Notes under the pieces: generated by a model
Seen by the model: only the letters and a program-made list of their open reading frames with translations
The model's database searches: none
What the model was told of the DNA's origin: nothing
Shown: one piece after another, positions 35,801 to 47,834 of the stretch
How positions within the stretch are numbered: position 1 is the first letter of the stretch
How the letters are laid out: every line of letters begins with the position of its first letter
Source: Malacoraja senta
Lineage: Eukaryota
Direction: 5' to 3'
NCBI GenBank assembly: GCA_038087875.1
Contig: CM075992.1
Location: 3,288,001-3,352,000, forward strand
DNA: 64,000 bases
Made by a program: the position numbers and the translations under genes

Positions 35801-38800
35801 CTCGAGGGGGAAGAGGGGGGGCTCGAGGGGGAAGAGGGGGGGCTCGAGGGGGAGGAGGGGTGCTTGAGGGGGAGGAGGGGGGCTCGAGGGGGGGCTCGAG
35901 GGGGAGGTGGACATTGAGAGGACGATGGAGCAAAGAGATAAGATGCCGCACAGCATGGGGAGAGGAAGCAGTGTAGCCATTCCATGTTGACTATTATCTA
36001 GTGTAGATGGGGCATGTTGGTCAGCATAGGCAAGTTGGGCTGAAGGGCCTGTTTCCACACTGTGTGACTCTACCCATTAGGATCTCCAGCACAGCAACAG
36101 ATGGATTGACCGCACCACACTTGGTGATACAGACTTCCTACCTTGATTCAGTCTTGCCCGTTCTCCACAGCGAGCGACGCCCATCAGATCGGCCAAGTTG
36201 ATTCAGGATGTCTATAGCTTAAAGACAAAGAGACGTCTATATTGTAGAAAGCAGGAAGAGCAGATGCTGGTCAATAAACAAAGGTGTTGGTTAATGCACA
36301 GACGTGCCGGTAAATACACAAAGGAGCCCTTGGTGCTGTAAGGGCTGCTCTGGCAATTGGCAGGGAAGAACTGCAGATGCTAGTTTAAATCAAAGTTGCT
36401 GGAGTAGCTCGGCGGGACAGGCAGCATCTCTGGAGAGAAGGAATGGGTGACGTTTCGGGTCGAGACGTTTCTTCACACCCTCTCTCAGAGGGAGCTTCAC
36501 AGCAAATGACCCTGGGAATGTGTAATGGGACGGTAGAGGGAGCTTCACTCTGTCTGACGGGACAGGTTCAAGGAGGCTTCACTATCTGTTGGACCCTGTG
36601 AATGTGATGGGACATTGTAGAGGGAGCTTCACTGCGAATGACCCTGAGAAGTGTAATGGGACGGTGTAGAAGGAGCTTCACTTGGTGTCTGAGATTTCCT
36701 ACCTTGATCAACTCTGTATGACTCCCTTTGAGGGACTAATAACCATTTGAGGGACTAAGGTTAATTCCCAGGATGGTGGGACTGTCATATGCTGAGAGAA
36801 TGGAGCAGCTGGGCTTGTACACTCTGGAGTTTAGAAGGATGAGAGGATATCTCATTGAAACATATAAGATTGTTAAGGGCTTGGACACACTAGAGGCAGG
36901 AAACATGTTCCCGATGTTGGGGGAGTCCAGAACCAGGGGCCACAGTTTAAGAATAAGGAGTAAGCCATTTAGAACGGAGACGAGGAAACACTTTTTCTCA
37001 GAGAGTGGTGAGTCTGTGGAATTCTCTGCCTCAGAGGGCGGTGGAGGCAGGTTCTCTGGATACTTTCAAGAGAGAGCTAGATAGGGCTCTTAAAGATAGC
37101 GGAGTCAGGGGATATGGGGAGAAGGCAGGAACGGGGTACTGATTGGCGATGATCAGCCATGATCACATTGAATGGCGGTGCTGGCTCGAAGGGCCAAATG
37201 GCCTACTCCTGCACCTATTGTCTATTGTCTATAATGTCAAAGCTGCCACAGCCAGACATAAAAACAGCTTTTTTCCACGAGTAGTAGCTCTACTCAATAA
37301 CCAAAAATCAGTAGCCTCATTTTGCTCTGGTATTTTATTTAATTCACATGTTTAATCGATAATGTTTTATTGTTAATGTTTAATGTTTTATGTGTCATTC
37401 CTAACCGTCACTGTCGGTCATGTTGTCACTTGCGGGCGGAGCACCAAGGCAAATTCCTTGTATGTGAATACTTGGTCAATAAACGTATTGATTGATTGAT
37501 GGGGAATCCCCCCGCCCTTTCCCGGGGATCACTACTCACACATCCTCTTGTCCTTCTTATCCGTCAGGTGGTGGTGCATCTTCTCCTTCAGTTTGCTCAG
37601 CTCCTGCTCCTTCCGCTTCATGTCGTGCGCATGTTGGGCAGCCCGGCTCAAGATGATGTTCTGCAGCTTCACCCCCTGAATGAGATGAGGCCACCATCAC
37701 CGTCCCTGATATCACTGTCCCAGGGCAGCAACATCATCAAGGACAAAGCACACCCCACCCACTCCCTCCCTCCCCTCCCCTCTCCCATCAGGAGTGTGAA
37801 AACGCACACACCTCCACATTCAGGAGAGTTGTATTGCATTTCTTCCATTCATTTCTCCCAAGTACCGTCTGTATATGTTTCTCCCCTTTCCCCCCGACTC
37901 AGTCTGAAGCGTCTTGACCCAAAACGTCACCCATTCCTTCTCTCCCGAGATGCTGCCTGTCCCGCCGAGTTACTCCAGCATTTTGTGTCTGTCCACAGCT
38001 TCTCCCCAGCTGCCGTCAGGCAACGGAACCATCCTACCACCAACAAAAGAATGGTCCTGAGCTTCTATCTACCTCATTGGAGACCCCACGGACTGTCTTT
38101 GATCGGACTTTACCTTGCATTAAACGCTATCCACGTATTTCCCTTTATCCTGCATCGGTACACTGTGGATGGCTCAATTGTAATCATGTATTTTGTCTTT
38201 CCCCTGACCGGATAGCACGTAACAAAAGCTTTTCACTGTACCTCGGTGCACGAGACAACAAACTAACCAAATAAACTGAACTGAACTAGAATAGCAGATG
38301 GATATAAAAAACTGGAGTTACTCAGCGGGTCAGGCAGCATCTATGGAGAAAAGGAATAGGTGACATTGTGGGTTGAGACCCCTCAGACCAGGCATGGAAA
38401 TCGCTATCAAAACGTGGGGGGGGGGTGACACAATATCTTGTTGGTCACGCGCACGCATGCGCACGCAAGCGAGGCTTCGGCCGTGGGCCCTGTGGACGGT
38501 AACATCGGTGGCCGACTCCGAACTCCAGCAGCTTCGTCCGCCCCGAATCGCGTGGCTTGAATCGGCCCGTTCACGGGGCCTTTCATCGCCCGGCGGTGGC
38601 TTCAACATCGGGAGCCACGATCGCCTCGACGTAGCAGTTTGATTTTAAGCCGCGCCGGGCGCCGAAAGACTACGCGAACGGGCCGATTCAGCCCTTAGAA
38701 AGCGGCTGATAAAGTCCGGATTACAAAACATGGGGGGAAAATCGTCTCCCACCTCTCAAAGCAAGGTGGGGGGGGGGGGGGGGGGTGTCCCCCCTGTCCT

Positions 38801-41800
38801 CCCCAGGATTTCCGTCCCCACCTCAGACTGAAGAAGGGTCTCAACCCAAAACTTCACCCATTCCTTTTCTCCAGAAATGCCTCCCGACCCGCTGAGTTAC
38901 TCCAGCTGTTTACAGTATATGTGTCCGGTTTAAACCAGCATCTGCAGTTCCTTCCTAAACTAGAACAGCCATCGTCACTGAATCCAGAGCTCCCAGCCTC
39001 CCTCCTCTCCGTTAAAGCCCCCAAATCTTTGACCTTTAGAAGCAAATCATTCTCGGCCCGGCCCGCCCCACACCCTCAGCGACGGCTCTCACCTCTTCCT
39101 TGTTGGTTTTCAGGAGCGAATTCAGATTGCGGATGTTTTTCTGGGCTTGCTGGTCCTTGGCTTGCAGAGCAGTGATCTCCCGCTCCAGTGTTTCCGCCTG
39201 CTCCTGTCAGGAGCACAGAGACACGGCACAAACTGATCGGAGTCAATATTCTCATCCCCCCCCCCCTCACGCCTAACCCACGACCGGAAGCGAGTTTCAC
39301 TGGCTTTTTAGTTTAGTTTAGGGATAGGGCATGGAATCAAGCGCTTCGACCCAACTTAAAGCGCCAGAGACCCGGGCTCGATCCTGACTACGGGTGCTGT
39401 CTGTACGGAGTTTGCACGCACTCCCCGTGTGACCTGCGTGGGTTTTCTCTGGGATCTACGCTTTTCACCCACCCTCCCTCCAAAAACGTACAGGCTTGCA
39501 GGTTAATTGGCTTGGTTAAAACTGTAACTTGACCCAAGTGCGTGTCGGATAGTGTTAGTGTGCGGGGATCGCTGGTCAATGTGGACTCTGTGGTCCAAAA
39601 GGCCTATGTCCACACTGCATCTCAAAACCAAACTAAAATAGACAATGTGAATAGTCAGTCTTTCCACTGGGGCTGGGGTGCGGGGGGTGGAAAACTAGAG
39701 GGCAAAATAAAGTTACAACTCACCTGCAACTTGAATTGGCTGCTTCTCATGCAATCCTGCTCACTGAAGGATTTAAACCTTGCCGATTCCAGGTCATCCA
39801 CTTTGGCCATGTTCTTCCAGTGGAGCTGCAGCAGGTAGTGCGTGCAGTTTATGAGGGCAACAAGGTTAAAGCCTGAAGCGGGACTCTCCTCGAAACTATC
39901 ATCAGTGAAGAGCGAAGGTAGTCCCAAGGCAATCAGCTCCTGGAATATTTAATGGACAGTCTGATGAAGGATCTCAACCCAAAGACACCATTGGGGAGCT
40001 CCAGAAATGCTGGTCAGGCAGCGTTACCGAGTTACCCGCGGAGTTACTCCAGTACTTCCCGCACAGGATTCAAGATGGATTTGGGATGGCACAGTGGTAG
40101 AGTTTCTGCCTTACAGTGCCAGAGACCCATGTTCGATCCCGACTACGGGTGCTGTCTGTATGGAGTTTGCACGTTCTCCCCTTGACCTTTCCCCGGGATC
40201 TCCGGTTACCACCCACACTCCAAAGACGTACAAGTTTGTAGTTTAATTGACTTGGTAAAATTGTAAATTGTCCCTAGTGTGTGGGAAAGTGTGTGTGTGT
40301 GCGTGGGGATCACTGGTCGGCGTAGCCCCGGTGGGCCGAAGGGCCCGTTCCACGCTGTATCTCTAAATTAAACCAAACCAAGAGCCCTAATTTGATGGGC
40401 CGAATGGCCTAATTCTGCTCCTATGACTTATGAACATATGAATTTATAGATGACAAATCATTAAATCAAAACTGGAGAATACCACCTAAGTAACCACCTC
40501 TAATTTAGTCTGAAGAAGGGTTTCGCCCCGAAACGTTGCCCATTTCCTTCGCTCCATAGATGCTGCCTCACCCGCTGAGTTTCTCCAGCATTTTTGTCTA
40601 CCTTCGATTTTCCAGCATCTGCAGTTCCTTCTTAAACCTCTAATTTAGTTCACTGGATTTGACAGTTAGAATCTGATATTTTTGATCTGGAGTTGAAAAG
40701 GTCTACAACTTTTCAGATTTCCGTGCTGTATCTCTAAAGCAGGGGTTCCCAACCTTGTTCGTCCCGTTTACCCCTGGCAACTTTAATAGCACATTACAAT
40801 GCTATTTCACTTATTTATGAACAACTTATGAAAGCACATCAGCGCCGCTACTTCCTGAGAAGATTACGGAGAGTCAGTTTGTCAAGGAGGACTCTCTCTA
40901 ACTTCTACAGGTGCACAGTAGAGAGCATGCTGACCGGTTGCATCGTGGCTTGGTTCGGCAACTTGAGCGCCCTGGAGAGGAAAAGACTACAAAAAGTAGT
41001 AAACACTGCCCAGTCCATCATCGGCTCTGACCTCCCTTCCATCGAGGGGATCTATCGTAGTCGCTGCCTCAAAGAGGCTGGCAGCATCATCAAGGACCCA
41101 CACCATCCTGGCCACACACTCATCTCCCTGCTACCTTCGGGTAGAAGATACAGGAGCCTGAAGACCAGGCTCAGGAACAGCTACTTCCCCACAGCCATCA
41201 GGCTATTAAACCTGGCTCGGACATAACACTGAACTTTACTAGCCAATACTGTTATTTGCACTTTATCAGTATATTGACCATTGTGTATATATTTATAGAA
41301 TGCCTTGTAGTAAATGCCTACTATGTTCTGTTGTGCTCAAGCAAAGCAAGAATTTCATTGTCCTACCAGGGACACATGACAATAAACTCACTTGACTTGA
41401 CTTGACTAATGATGAACAGTTACCGGTATACCAGAACCAAACAGAGTCAGTCAATGAGAACAAATATGTACAAATCCAGAATCAACAAATTTACCCCCTG
41501 GGTGGGTGAAATTTACCCCCTGGGAAGTTTACTCCTGTTTGGGAACCCTTGCTCTAAAATATGCAAAGTATTGCAGCATTTGCAGTTGCTTGCATCTACT
41601 TTTGTCTCAGCTTACCTTGCTCAGGTAGGCGAGGCACTCCTCTATGTTGTCCGCCCAGCAGAACGCACTTTGGCTGAAGACATTCTGAAGTGCCCGCACT
41701 GGGGAAGAGTGCAAGGTGATGGTACTGCCCGCGGAGAATGGTGAAGCAGTTTGGGAGACCCGCCTAAAAACAAAAGCCTTCGCATCTGCAGACAGATTAA

Positions 41801-43776
41801 TCAAAACGATAAAGGTCACAGTAAAACACACCAATGCCTCTATTTCTTTAGAAGGCTGAGGAAGTTCCGCACGTCCCCTCAACTCTTCCCAACTTCTACA
41901 GACGCACCGTAGAAAGCATTTTATCGGGATGCAGCACGGCACCGTTTGGGATCAATACCATCCAAGACCGCGAGAAAATTGCAGCAAATTGTGGACGCAG
42001 CCCAGACCGTCACACAAACCAACCTCCCTCTCATCGACTCCATTTATACCTCACGATGCCTCGGCAAGGCCAGCAGCATAATCAAGGACGAGCCATACCC
42101 TGGCCACTCCCTCTTCTCCCCTCAGGCGCACACACCTCAAGATTCAGGGACAGTTCCTGCCCAACTGTTGTCAGGCAACTCAATCATCAACTCACTGATC
42201 TGTTCTGTATTCATGCCTTCTATATTCTGTTGTGCTGAAGCAAAGCAAGAATTTCATTGTCCTATCTGGGACACATGACAATAAACCCTCTTGAATCTTG
42301 AATCCTACCACAACCAGAGAGCAGTGTTAAACCACTATCTACCTCATTGGTGACACTCAGAATTTACTTGATCGGACTTTGCTGGTTTTAACTTGCACTA
42401 AACGTTATTCACTTATCATATATCAGTACACTGTGAATGGCTCAACAGTAATCCTGTGTTGTCTTTCTGCTGACTGGATAGCACGCAACAAAAGCTTCTC
42501 ACCGTACCCCACTGTACACGTGACAATAAACTAACGTGAAGCGAGTAATCCTTTGGCCCAAATTCCTAGCGGGCACATTTACACAGGTAGTAGAGCTGCC
42601 GAGTAGCGCCTAAGAAGGAACTGCAGATGCTGGAAAATCGAAGGTAGACATAAATGCTGGAGAAACTCAGCGGGTGCAGCAGCATCTATGGGCCGAAACG
42701 TTGCCTATTTTCCTCGCTCCATAGTTGCTGCTGCACCCGCTGAGTTTCTCCAGCATTTTTGTCTGCCTATTAATGCCAGCAGCACAGTGGTAGATGATTC
42801 CACCTATCTCCCACTCTTCTACAATCAGTTGGATTTAATGTTATCTGGCTGTTATCAAGCCAACTGAACCGTTCGATCACCAACAGAAAGCAGTCCTCAC
42901 CTACAATCTACCTCATTGGAGACCCTGTAACTATCTTTAATTAGACTTTACCTTTCACTAAATCTTACTACCTCTATCCTGTATCTGTGCGCTGTGGACA
43001 GCTTGATTGTAATCATGCACAGTCTTTCTGCTAACTGGTTAGCACACAACAAGAAAGCTTTGCGCCGTACCTCGGTACACATGACAATAAACTAAACACT
43101 GGAATTTTCTGTAGCATCAACTAACTACTACAGTGCTGCATAACCATATAACCATATAACCATATAACCATAACAGCACGGAAACAGTCCATCTCGGCCC
43201 TTCAAGTCCGTGCCGAACAACAGAATTCTGCTTCAATTGATTGCAAATTCCACAACTAAAAGTAAAGTAAAAGTAGACTTTATTGTCAATTCAAATAATG
43301 CAACAAGTAGTTACACAGAGGATTGAAATTGCGTTTCCCCATACTCCAATGTGCAAGTAATATTTATAACACAGACAGACAATATACCAATAAAGATAGA
43401 CAATGGACATATACATTATATAAAATATTCACAGTGTGCCAGAGTGTAGTAAAATTTTGAGGTATGTTATTAAGGTGCAGTAATAAAAGGTGCAATATAG
43501 AAAAGTGCAAATAGCATACTGCAGACATTGAGTTAAAGTTAATTTGACAGTCAGTTGGTCTTTGTTTGTGTAATGTTCATGGAATTTTCTTGAGTGTGTT
43601 GAGTAGTCTGATGGCCTGAGGGAAAAAGCTGTTTTTGAATCTGGTGGTTTTGCTCCGCATGCTGCGGTAGCTATAGAAATAAGTCATTTCTTTTAAAACT
43701 ATTTAAAGAAAATGGACACAAACTTACCTGGGGTATTCTCCGCTTCAGTGAAAGACGAGTTTTTCCAATTACTCAT
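26683..43776 (-). CDS. SSX2IP-like: Afadin- and alpha-actinin-binding protein-like (SSX2IP/ADIP/Msd1 family), 13 coding exons, about 609 aa
   Basis: Phase-consistent exons with family motifs SAFCWADNIEECLAYL, KLQNIILSRAAQHAHDMKRKE, DILNQLGRSDGRRSLWRTGKTE, EMYKVL, DHDKEMAKLKLE and ERESFTEAAIRLGRER. Confidence 0.88.
27171..27373. mobile_element. PIF/Harbinger-like MITE, second copy, inserted in a SINE head
   Basis: GGCCTGTCCCACTTTCACGACC...GGTCGTGAAAGTGGGACAGGCC; interior related to 15591-15801 in reverse orientation. Confidence 0.7.
28014..28209 (-). CDS. SSX2IP-like: SSX2IP-like coding exon 12
   Basis: Open, phase-compatible 196-nt exon (PDQESPSALL...ELCHSLGVIPER) with AG/GTGAGT flanks; weak sequence similarity. 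Confidence 0.68.
29740..29860 (-). CDS. SSX2IP-like: SSX2IP-like coding exon 11
   Basis: RNLFEEERAQLRKEQFFNLTPF...; 121 nt. Confidence 0.85.
30413..30574 (-). CDS. SSX2IP-like: SSX2IP-like coding exon 10
   Basis: DQLAIEKEDL...LFEEQRANFKTERESFTEAAIRLGRE; 162 nt. Confidence 0.9.
32981..33117 (-). CDS. SSX2IP-like: SSX2IP-like coding exon 9
   Basis: VSVTDHDKEMAKLKLELEQSKQIIREQQQVLQ; 137 nt. Confidence 0.88.
34098..34212 (-). CDS. SSX2IP-like: SSX2IP-like coding exon 8
   Basis: EEEVPLDESHDTDRKHLTDGFLTQWTSLKDHLQKLEMA; 115 nt. Confidence 0.82.
34868..35042 (-). CDS. SSX2IP-like: SSX2IP-like coding exon 7
   Basis: REGEMYKVLTGNYETQLKELALDNAELKRAL...; 175 nt. Confidence 0.88.
35525..35905. repeat. 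21-bp G-rich minisatellite (GAGGGGGAAGAGGGGGGGCTC)n
   Basis: Direct reading; gives the spurious Pro-rich ORFs. Confidence 0.9.
36142..36217 (-). CDS. SSX2IP-like: SSX2IP-like coding exon 6
   Basis: IDILNQLGRSDGRRSLWRTGKTES; 76 nt. Confidence 0.9.
36757..37230 (+). mobile_element. CR1 3' fragment
   Basis: GLSYAERMEQLGLYTLEFRRMRG...SRTRGHSLRI plus 3'UTR. Confidence 0.8.
37540..37675 (-). CDS. SSX2IP-like: SSX2IP-like coding exon 5
   Basis: GVKLQNIILSRAAQHAHDMKRKEQELSKLKEKMHHHLTDKKDKRM; 136 nt. Confidence 0.9.
38389..38820. mobile_element. Non-autonomous hAT-like DNA transposon, same family as 6233-6894, opposite orientation
   Basis: 8-bp TSD CCTCAGAC (38381-38388 and 38821-38828); subterminal similarity to 6233-6894. 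Confidence 0.75.
39093..39203 (-). CDS. SSX2IP-like: SSX2IP-like coding exon 4
   Basis: EQAETLEREITALQAKDQQAQKNIRNLNSLLKTNKEE; 111 nt. Confidence 0.88.
39724..39939 (-). CDS. SSX2IP-like: SSX2IP-like coding exon 3
   Basis: ELIALGLPSLF...FNLVALINCTHYLLQL...KLQ; 216 nt. Confidence 0.88.
40505..40637 (+). mobile_element. Penelope-like short repeat with hammerhead-like core (representative; many copies)
   Basis: CTGAAGAAGGG..CCCGAAACGTTG followed by AGATGCTGC...CCAGCATCTGCAGTTCCTTC. Confidence 0.6.
40825..41410 (+). mobile_element. Rex1/Babar-type LINE 3' fragment
   Basis: QRRYFLRRLR...FYRCTVESMLTGCIVAWFGN...HPGHTLISLLPSGRRYRS...FPTAIRLLN; related pieces at ~5340-5870, ~41825-42535, ~46930-47300. 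Confidence 0.75.
41616..41785 (-). CDS. SSX2IP-like: SSX2IP-like coding exon 2
   Basis: 170 nt; ...SAFCWADNIEECLAYLSK; acceptor tctgcag, donor GTAAGC. Confidence 0.85.
43728..43776 (-). CDS. SSX2IP-like: SSX2IP-like first coding exon
   Basis: MSNWKNSSFTEAENTP, CAG|GTAAGT donor, phase 1 matching the next exon. Confidence 0.72.
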
Positions 43777-44624
43777 CTTCCCAATTTGTCATCCAACTTC
43801 CCCCAAAGGCAAAAAAAAAAAAAGGATTCTTTTACTGGAAATGAACAAAGAAAAAACAGGACACAAAGTGCTGGAGTAACTCAGCAGGTCCAACTTTGGA
43901 GAATGGATAGGCGACCTGTCGGGTCAGGGCCCTTCTTCAGGCTGAAGGAATGTCACCTACCCATGTTCTCCAGAGATTCTGCCTGACTTGCTGTTACTCC
44001 AGCACTTTGTGTCTTGTTTTGGAAGCCAGCATCTGCAGTTCCTTGTAGCCACATATGAACAAAGAAAAAAGGCAGGGAAGGACCCGAATAAGATATCCCT
44101 GATGTTTCTTGTAGCCTGAGCAGTCAGATGACTGAGCATTTAACCATTGACTAGGGCAGAGGGGAGGGGGAGGGGGCGGGAGAAGAGAGATGAAAACAAC
44201 TCATTTGTGAAACAAAATGCTGGGAATCCAGAATTATCATTATTGGCACAGTGTACACCTAAGAATATCTCAACACAAACTTGGCCTTGAAAATAGGATG
44301 TGTTCCAAAAAGGTGGTGTCCCTCAAATTATCTGCCCCCCTCTCTCTCTCACACTCACATCAGCTATTTCAGAGGTTACCTTTATCATTCATACAGCACA
44401 ATCAGCCAAAGGAAAGCATTATCAGACATAGAAAAAGTCTCAACAACAAGTGATTAAAACCTTCCTAAAAATATAAGTTTTATGCAGCGACACTAACTAG
44501 ACGGAAAGGTTGAGGAAGTTCAAACATGGCCTTCACTACCCCTCATCTTCTCACCTCCCCTGCAGCTTTCCCAAGCCACCCTCACTAGCCCTCAGCCTCT
44601 CAGCTCCCTCCCACTGCACCTGCT

Positions 44625-45635
44625 TCCCACCTGCACCCTCTTCCCACCTGCACCCCCTTTACCCCCTTCTCACCTGCACCCCCTTCTCACCTCCACCCCT
44701 TCCCACCTCCACCCCCTTCTCACCTGCACCCCCTTCTCACCTGCACCCCCTTCTCACCTCCACCCCCTTCTCACCTGCACCCTCTTCTCACCTGCAGCCC
44801 CTTCTCACCTGCACCCTCTTCTCACCTGCAGCCCCTTCTCACCTGCACCCTCTTCTCACCTGCACCCTCTTCTCACCTGCACCCTCTTCTCACCTGCACC
44901 CCCTTCTCACCTGCACCTTCTTCTCACCTGCAGCCCCTTCTCACCTGCACCCACTTCTCACCTGCACCCTCTTCTCACCTGCACCCTCTTCTCACCTGCA
45001 CCCTCTTCTCACCTGCACCCTCTTCTCACCTGCACCCCCTTCTCACCTGCACCTTCTTCTCACCTGCAGCCCCTTCTCACCTGCACCCACTTCTCACCTG
45101 CACCCTCTTCTCACCTGCACCCTCTTCTCACCTGCACCCTCTTCTCACCTGCACCCTCTTCTCACCTGCACCCTCTTCTCACCTGCAGCCCCTTCTCACC
45201 TGCAGCCACTTCTCACCTGCACCCTCTTCTCACCTGCACCCTCTTCTCACCTGCACCCTCTTCTCACCTGCACCCTCTTCTCACCTGCACCCTCTTCTCA
45301 CCTGCAGCCCCTTCTCACCTGCACCCACTTCTCACCTGCACCCTCTTCTCACCTGCACCCTCTTCTCACCTGCACCCTCTTCTCACCTGCACCCTCTTCT
45401 CACCTGCACCCTCTTCTCACCTGCAGCCCCTTCTCACCTGCACCCCCTTCCCACCTGCACCCCCTTCTCACCTGCACCCTCTTCTCACCTGCACCCTCTT
45501 CTCACCTGCACCCTCTTCTCACCTGCACCCTCTTCTCACCTGCACCCTCTTCTCACCTGCACCCTCTTCTCACCTGCACCCTCTTCTCACCTGCACCCCC
45601 TTCCCACCTGCACCCCCTTCTCACCTGCACCTCCT
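44625..45635. repeat. 17-bp minisatellite (CACCTGCACCCTCTTCT)n, about 59 copies
   Basis: Direct reading; the 406-aa ORF has a 17-aa period equal to 3 units. Confidence 0.92.
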
Positions 45636-45699
45636 CCAAGCTCCAGCCCAACCACTATCTACATCTTAAATCTCCCTCCATGCCAACCCCCCAGCAGTC

Positions 45700-45774
45700 A
45701 TTGGACCAGCCCTTTGGGGCGGGACAGTAGCACGCATGCGCCTAGTGTGGTGTGCATTCTGGGAGTTGTAGTCC
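45700..45774 (-). promoter_or_regulatory. Probable promoter of the SSX2IP-like gene
   Basis: ZNF143/THAP11-type GGACTACAACTCCCAGAATGCA (minus, 45753-45774), NRF1-type ACGCATGCGC (45732-45741), GC box (45716-45723) and CCAAT (minus, 45700-45704) within 75 bp. Confidence 0.65.
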
Positions 45775-47834
45775 TTCATGCTGCCTGCTGTGTGCTGCTT
45801 GCACTGCCGCCTGTGGCGGGATGTCCACTTTACACAGGGACTCATGAATGCAGGGCTTCCATTCATTTTAAGTCAAGTCAAGAGATGAAAAAAGTCAAGA
45901 GTGATGAGTTTTTAGACTTTCTGAAGAATGGGGTTATCAAAATCTGTAATCCTATCCCCCACAAGGTTCAGAGTGGGGTCTGATTGATCTTTTTAAAAAT
46001 CAGCAAAGATAATAATTTATCTTTGTTGAATGCTGAACAGGGAATCTCAGTTGAATCCCACTATCTCCTTATGAAGGCTCCATGTCATGTTTTACTTGTG
46101 CAGTTCGTCGTGATGCTTTGCCACATTGGTTCACAATAAACTTACAGATAAATGTAAATCTGCTATTTCTCCTCCTCCCGAACTTAACCTCGTACCGACT
46201 GAAACATCCTAAGATTTGAGGAGCAGCTTCTTCCCTACAGCCATCAGGTTGTTAAACACTACAACCTCCAAATAAGCTCTGAACTGCATAGACTTGGGGG
46301 CATTGGTTTTGCCTTTTTGCACTAATATTATTTGCTGTTTTTATCTATAATATATATATATACACACACACAAGTGTGTGCGTATATGTGTGTGTATATG
46401 TATATATATGTGTGTGTGTGTGCACGCGTGCAGGTGCATGTGTGTATATATACATATATACACACATATATACATATATATACACACACACATATTATAT
46501 ATACACACACACACAACTTTTTTTTCTCATTTATTTATATTCTTTACAATCTACTATGTTTTCATATTCTGTTGTGCGGCTACAAGTAAGAATTTCATTG
46601 ATCTATCTGGGACATATGACAATAAAACGCTCTTGACGACATTCAAGAGTTTGAAAGTAAACTTGTAATGGTGTATGTCAGTGGTGGAAAGACCACACTA
46701 AAGTTGTTCTGGAATGAAGGGAGAACTTTCAAAATCATGGATGCTTTGGAAAGTAGCACAAACTAACAAGCGTATGAAAACACTGGGAAGAAGTTTGAAT
46801 AGGCTAAACAATGGATGTAGTGAGTAGAGCTGCTGCCACACAGTTCGTGACACAGGTTTTGTCCTGACCGCCAATGCTGTCTGTGTGGAGTTTGCACACA
46901 AGAAACATTACGCAGCAAATGTGATGCAAAAAATCAAATCCAATAAAAGGAAGCGAGCGGGCAAGATCATCTCTGACCCCTCTGGCCACAAACTCTTTGA
47001 ATCACTTCCCTCTGGAAGGCGACTCCAGACTGTCAAAGCTGCCACAGCCAGACATAAAAACAGTTTTTATCCACGAGTAGTTGCTCTACTCAACAGCCAA
47101 AAATATGTAGCCTCCCTTTGATCTGGTATTTTGTTGGTTTACATCAATGGTGTTTTATCATTAATGTTTTATTATTATTAATGTTTAGTGTTTTCTGAAT
47201 AATTCGTAACTGTCACTGTATGTCATGTTGTTACTTGTGAGCGGAGCACCAAGGCAAATTCCTTGTATGTGAATACTTGGCCAATAAACTTACTTACTTA
47301 CTAATTATTGACCAAAACCTCCAAAGTGAGCTCCAGTCCATTTCTTCAAAAGTAAATTTACCCTGAGAACAGATGTTGCTGTGGTTGTATTTTTTAAATG
47401 AAAGACCACATTTCTGAGAGTACAGGTCTCCCACAGTTCTGCATGGGATGAGCTGGCCAGTACTCTGTATTAGTTAGTTTAGTTTATTGTCACATGTACC
47501 AAGAAACAGTGAAAGGTTTAGAGATACAGCGCGGAAACAGACCTTTCTGATCACTGACCAGCAACCCCCATACATTAATACTCGCCTACACACACTAGGG
47601 ACAATATATAATTCTACCTAGCCAATTAACCTACAAATGTGTACGTCTTTGGGAACGTGGGATGAAACCAGAGCTCCCGGCGAAAACCCACGCAGGTTAC
47701 GGGGAGAAGGTACAAACTCCGCACAGACAAGCACCCGTAGTCAGGATCCAACCTGGGTCTCTGGCGCTGTAAGGCGGCAACTGCGCCATCGTTCTCAGAG
47801 GTGGGGATAATGATGTAATGCTGAGGCTATATAG

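Noticed and set aside
35373..36058. Pro-rich ORFs in three frames
   Set aside because: Product of a 21-bp G-rich tandem repeat.
40828..41226. Host gene candidate resembling the ALKBH8 N-terminal/DUF1891 domain
   Set aside because: It is the C-terminus of a Rex1/Babar LINE ORF, with several related fragments in the window.
41616..41763. Apparent frameshift between SSX2IP-like coding exons 1 and 2
   Set aside because: Arises only if the internal ttttag acceptor is used; the upstream ctgcag acceptor (exon start 41785, 170 nt) restores phase.
44510..45730. 406-aa ORF
   Set aside because: Translation of a stop-free 17-bp minisatellite; no evidence it is a gene.
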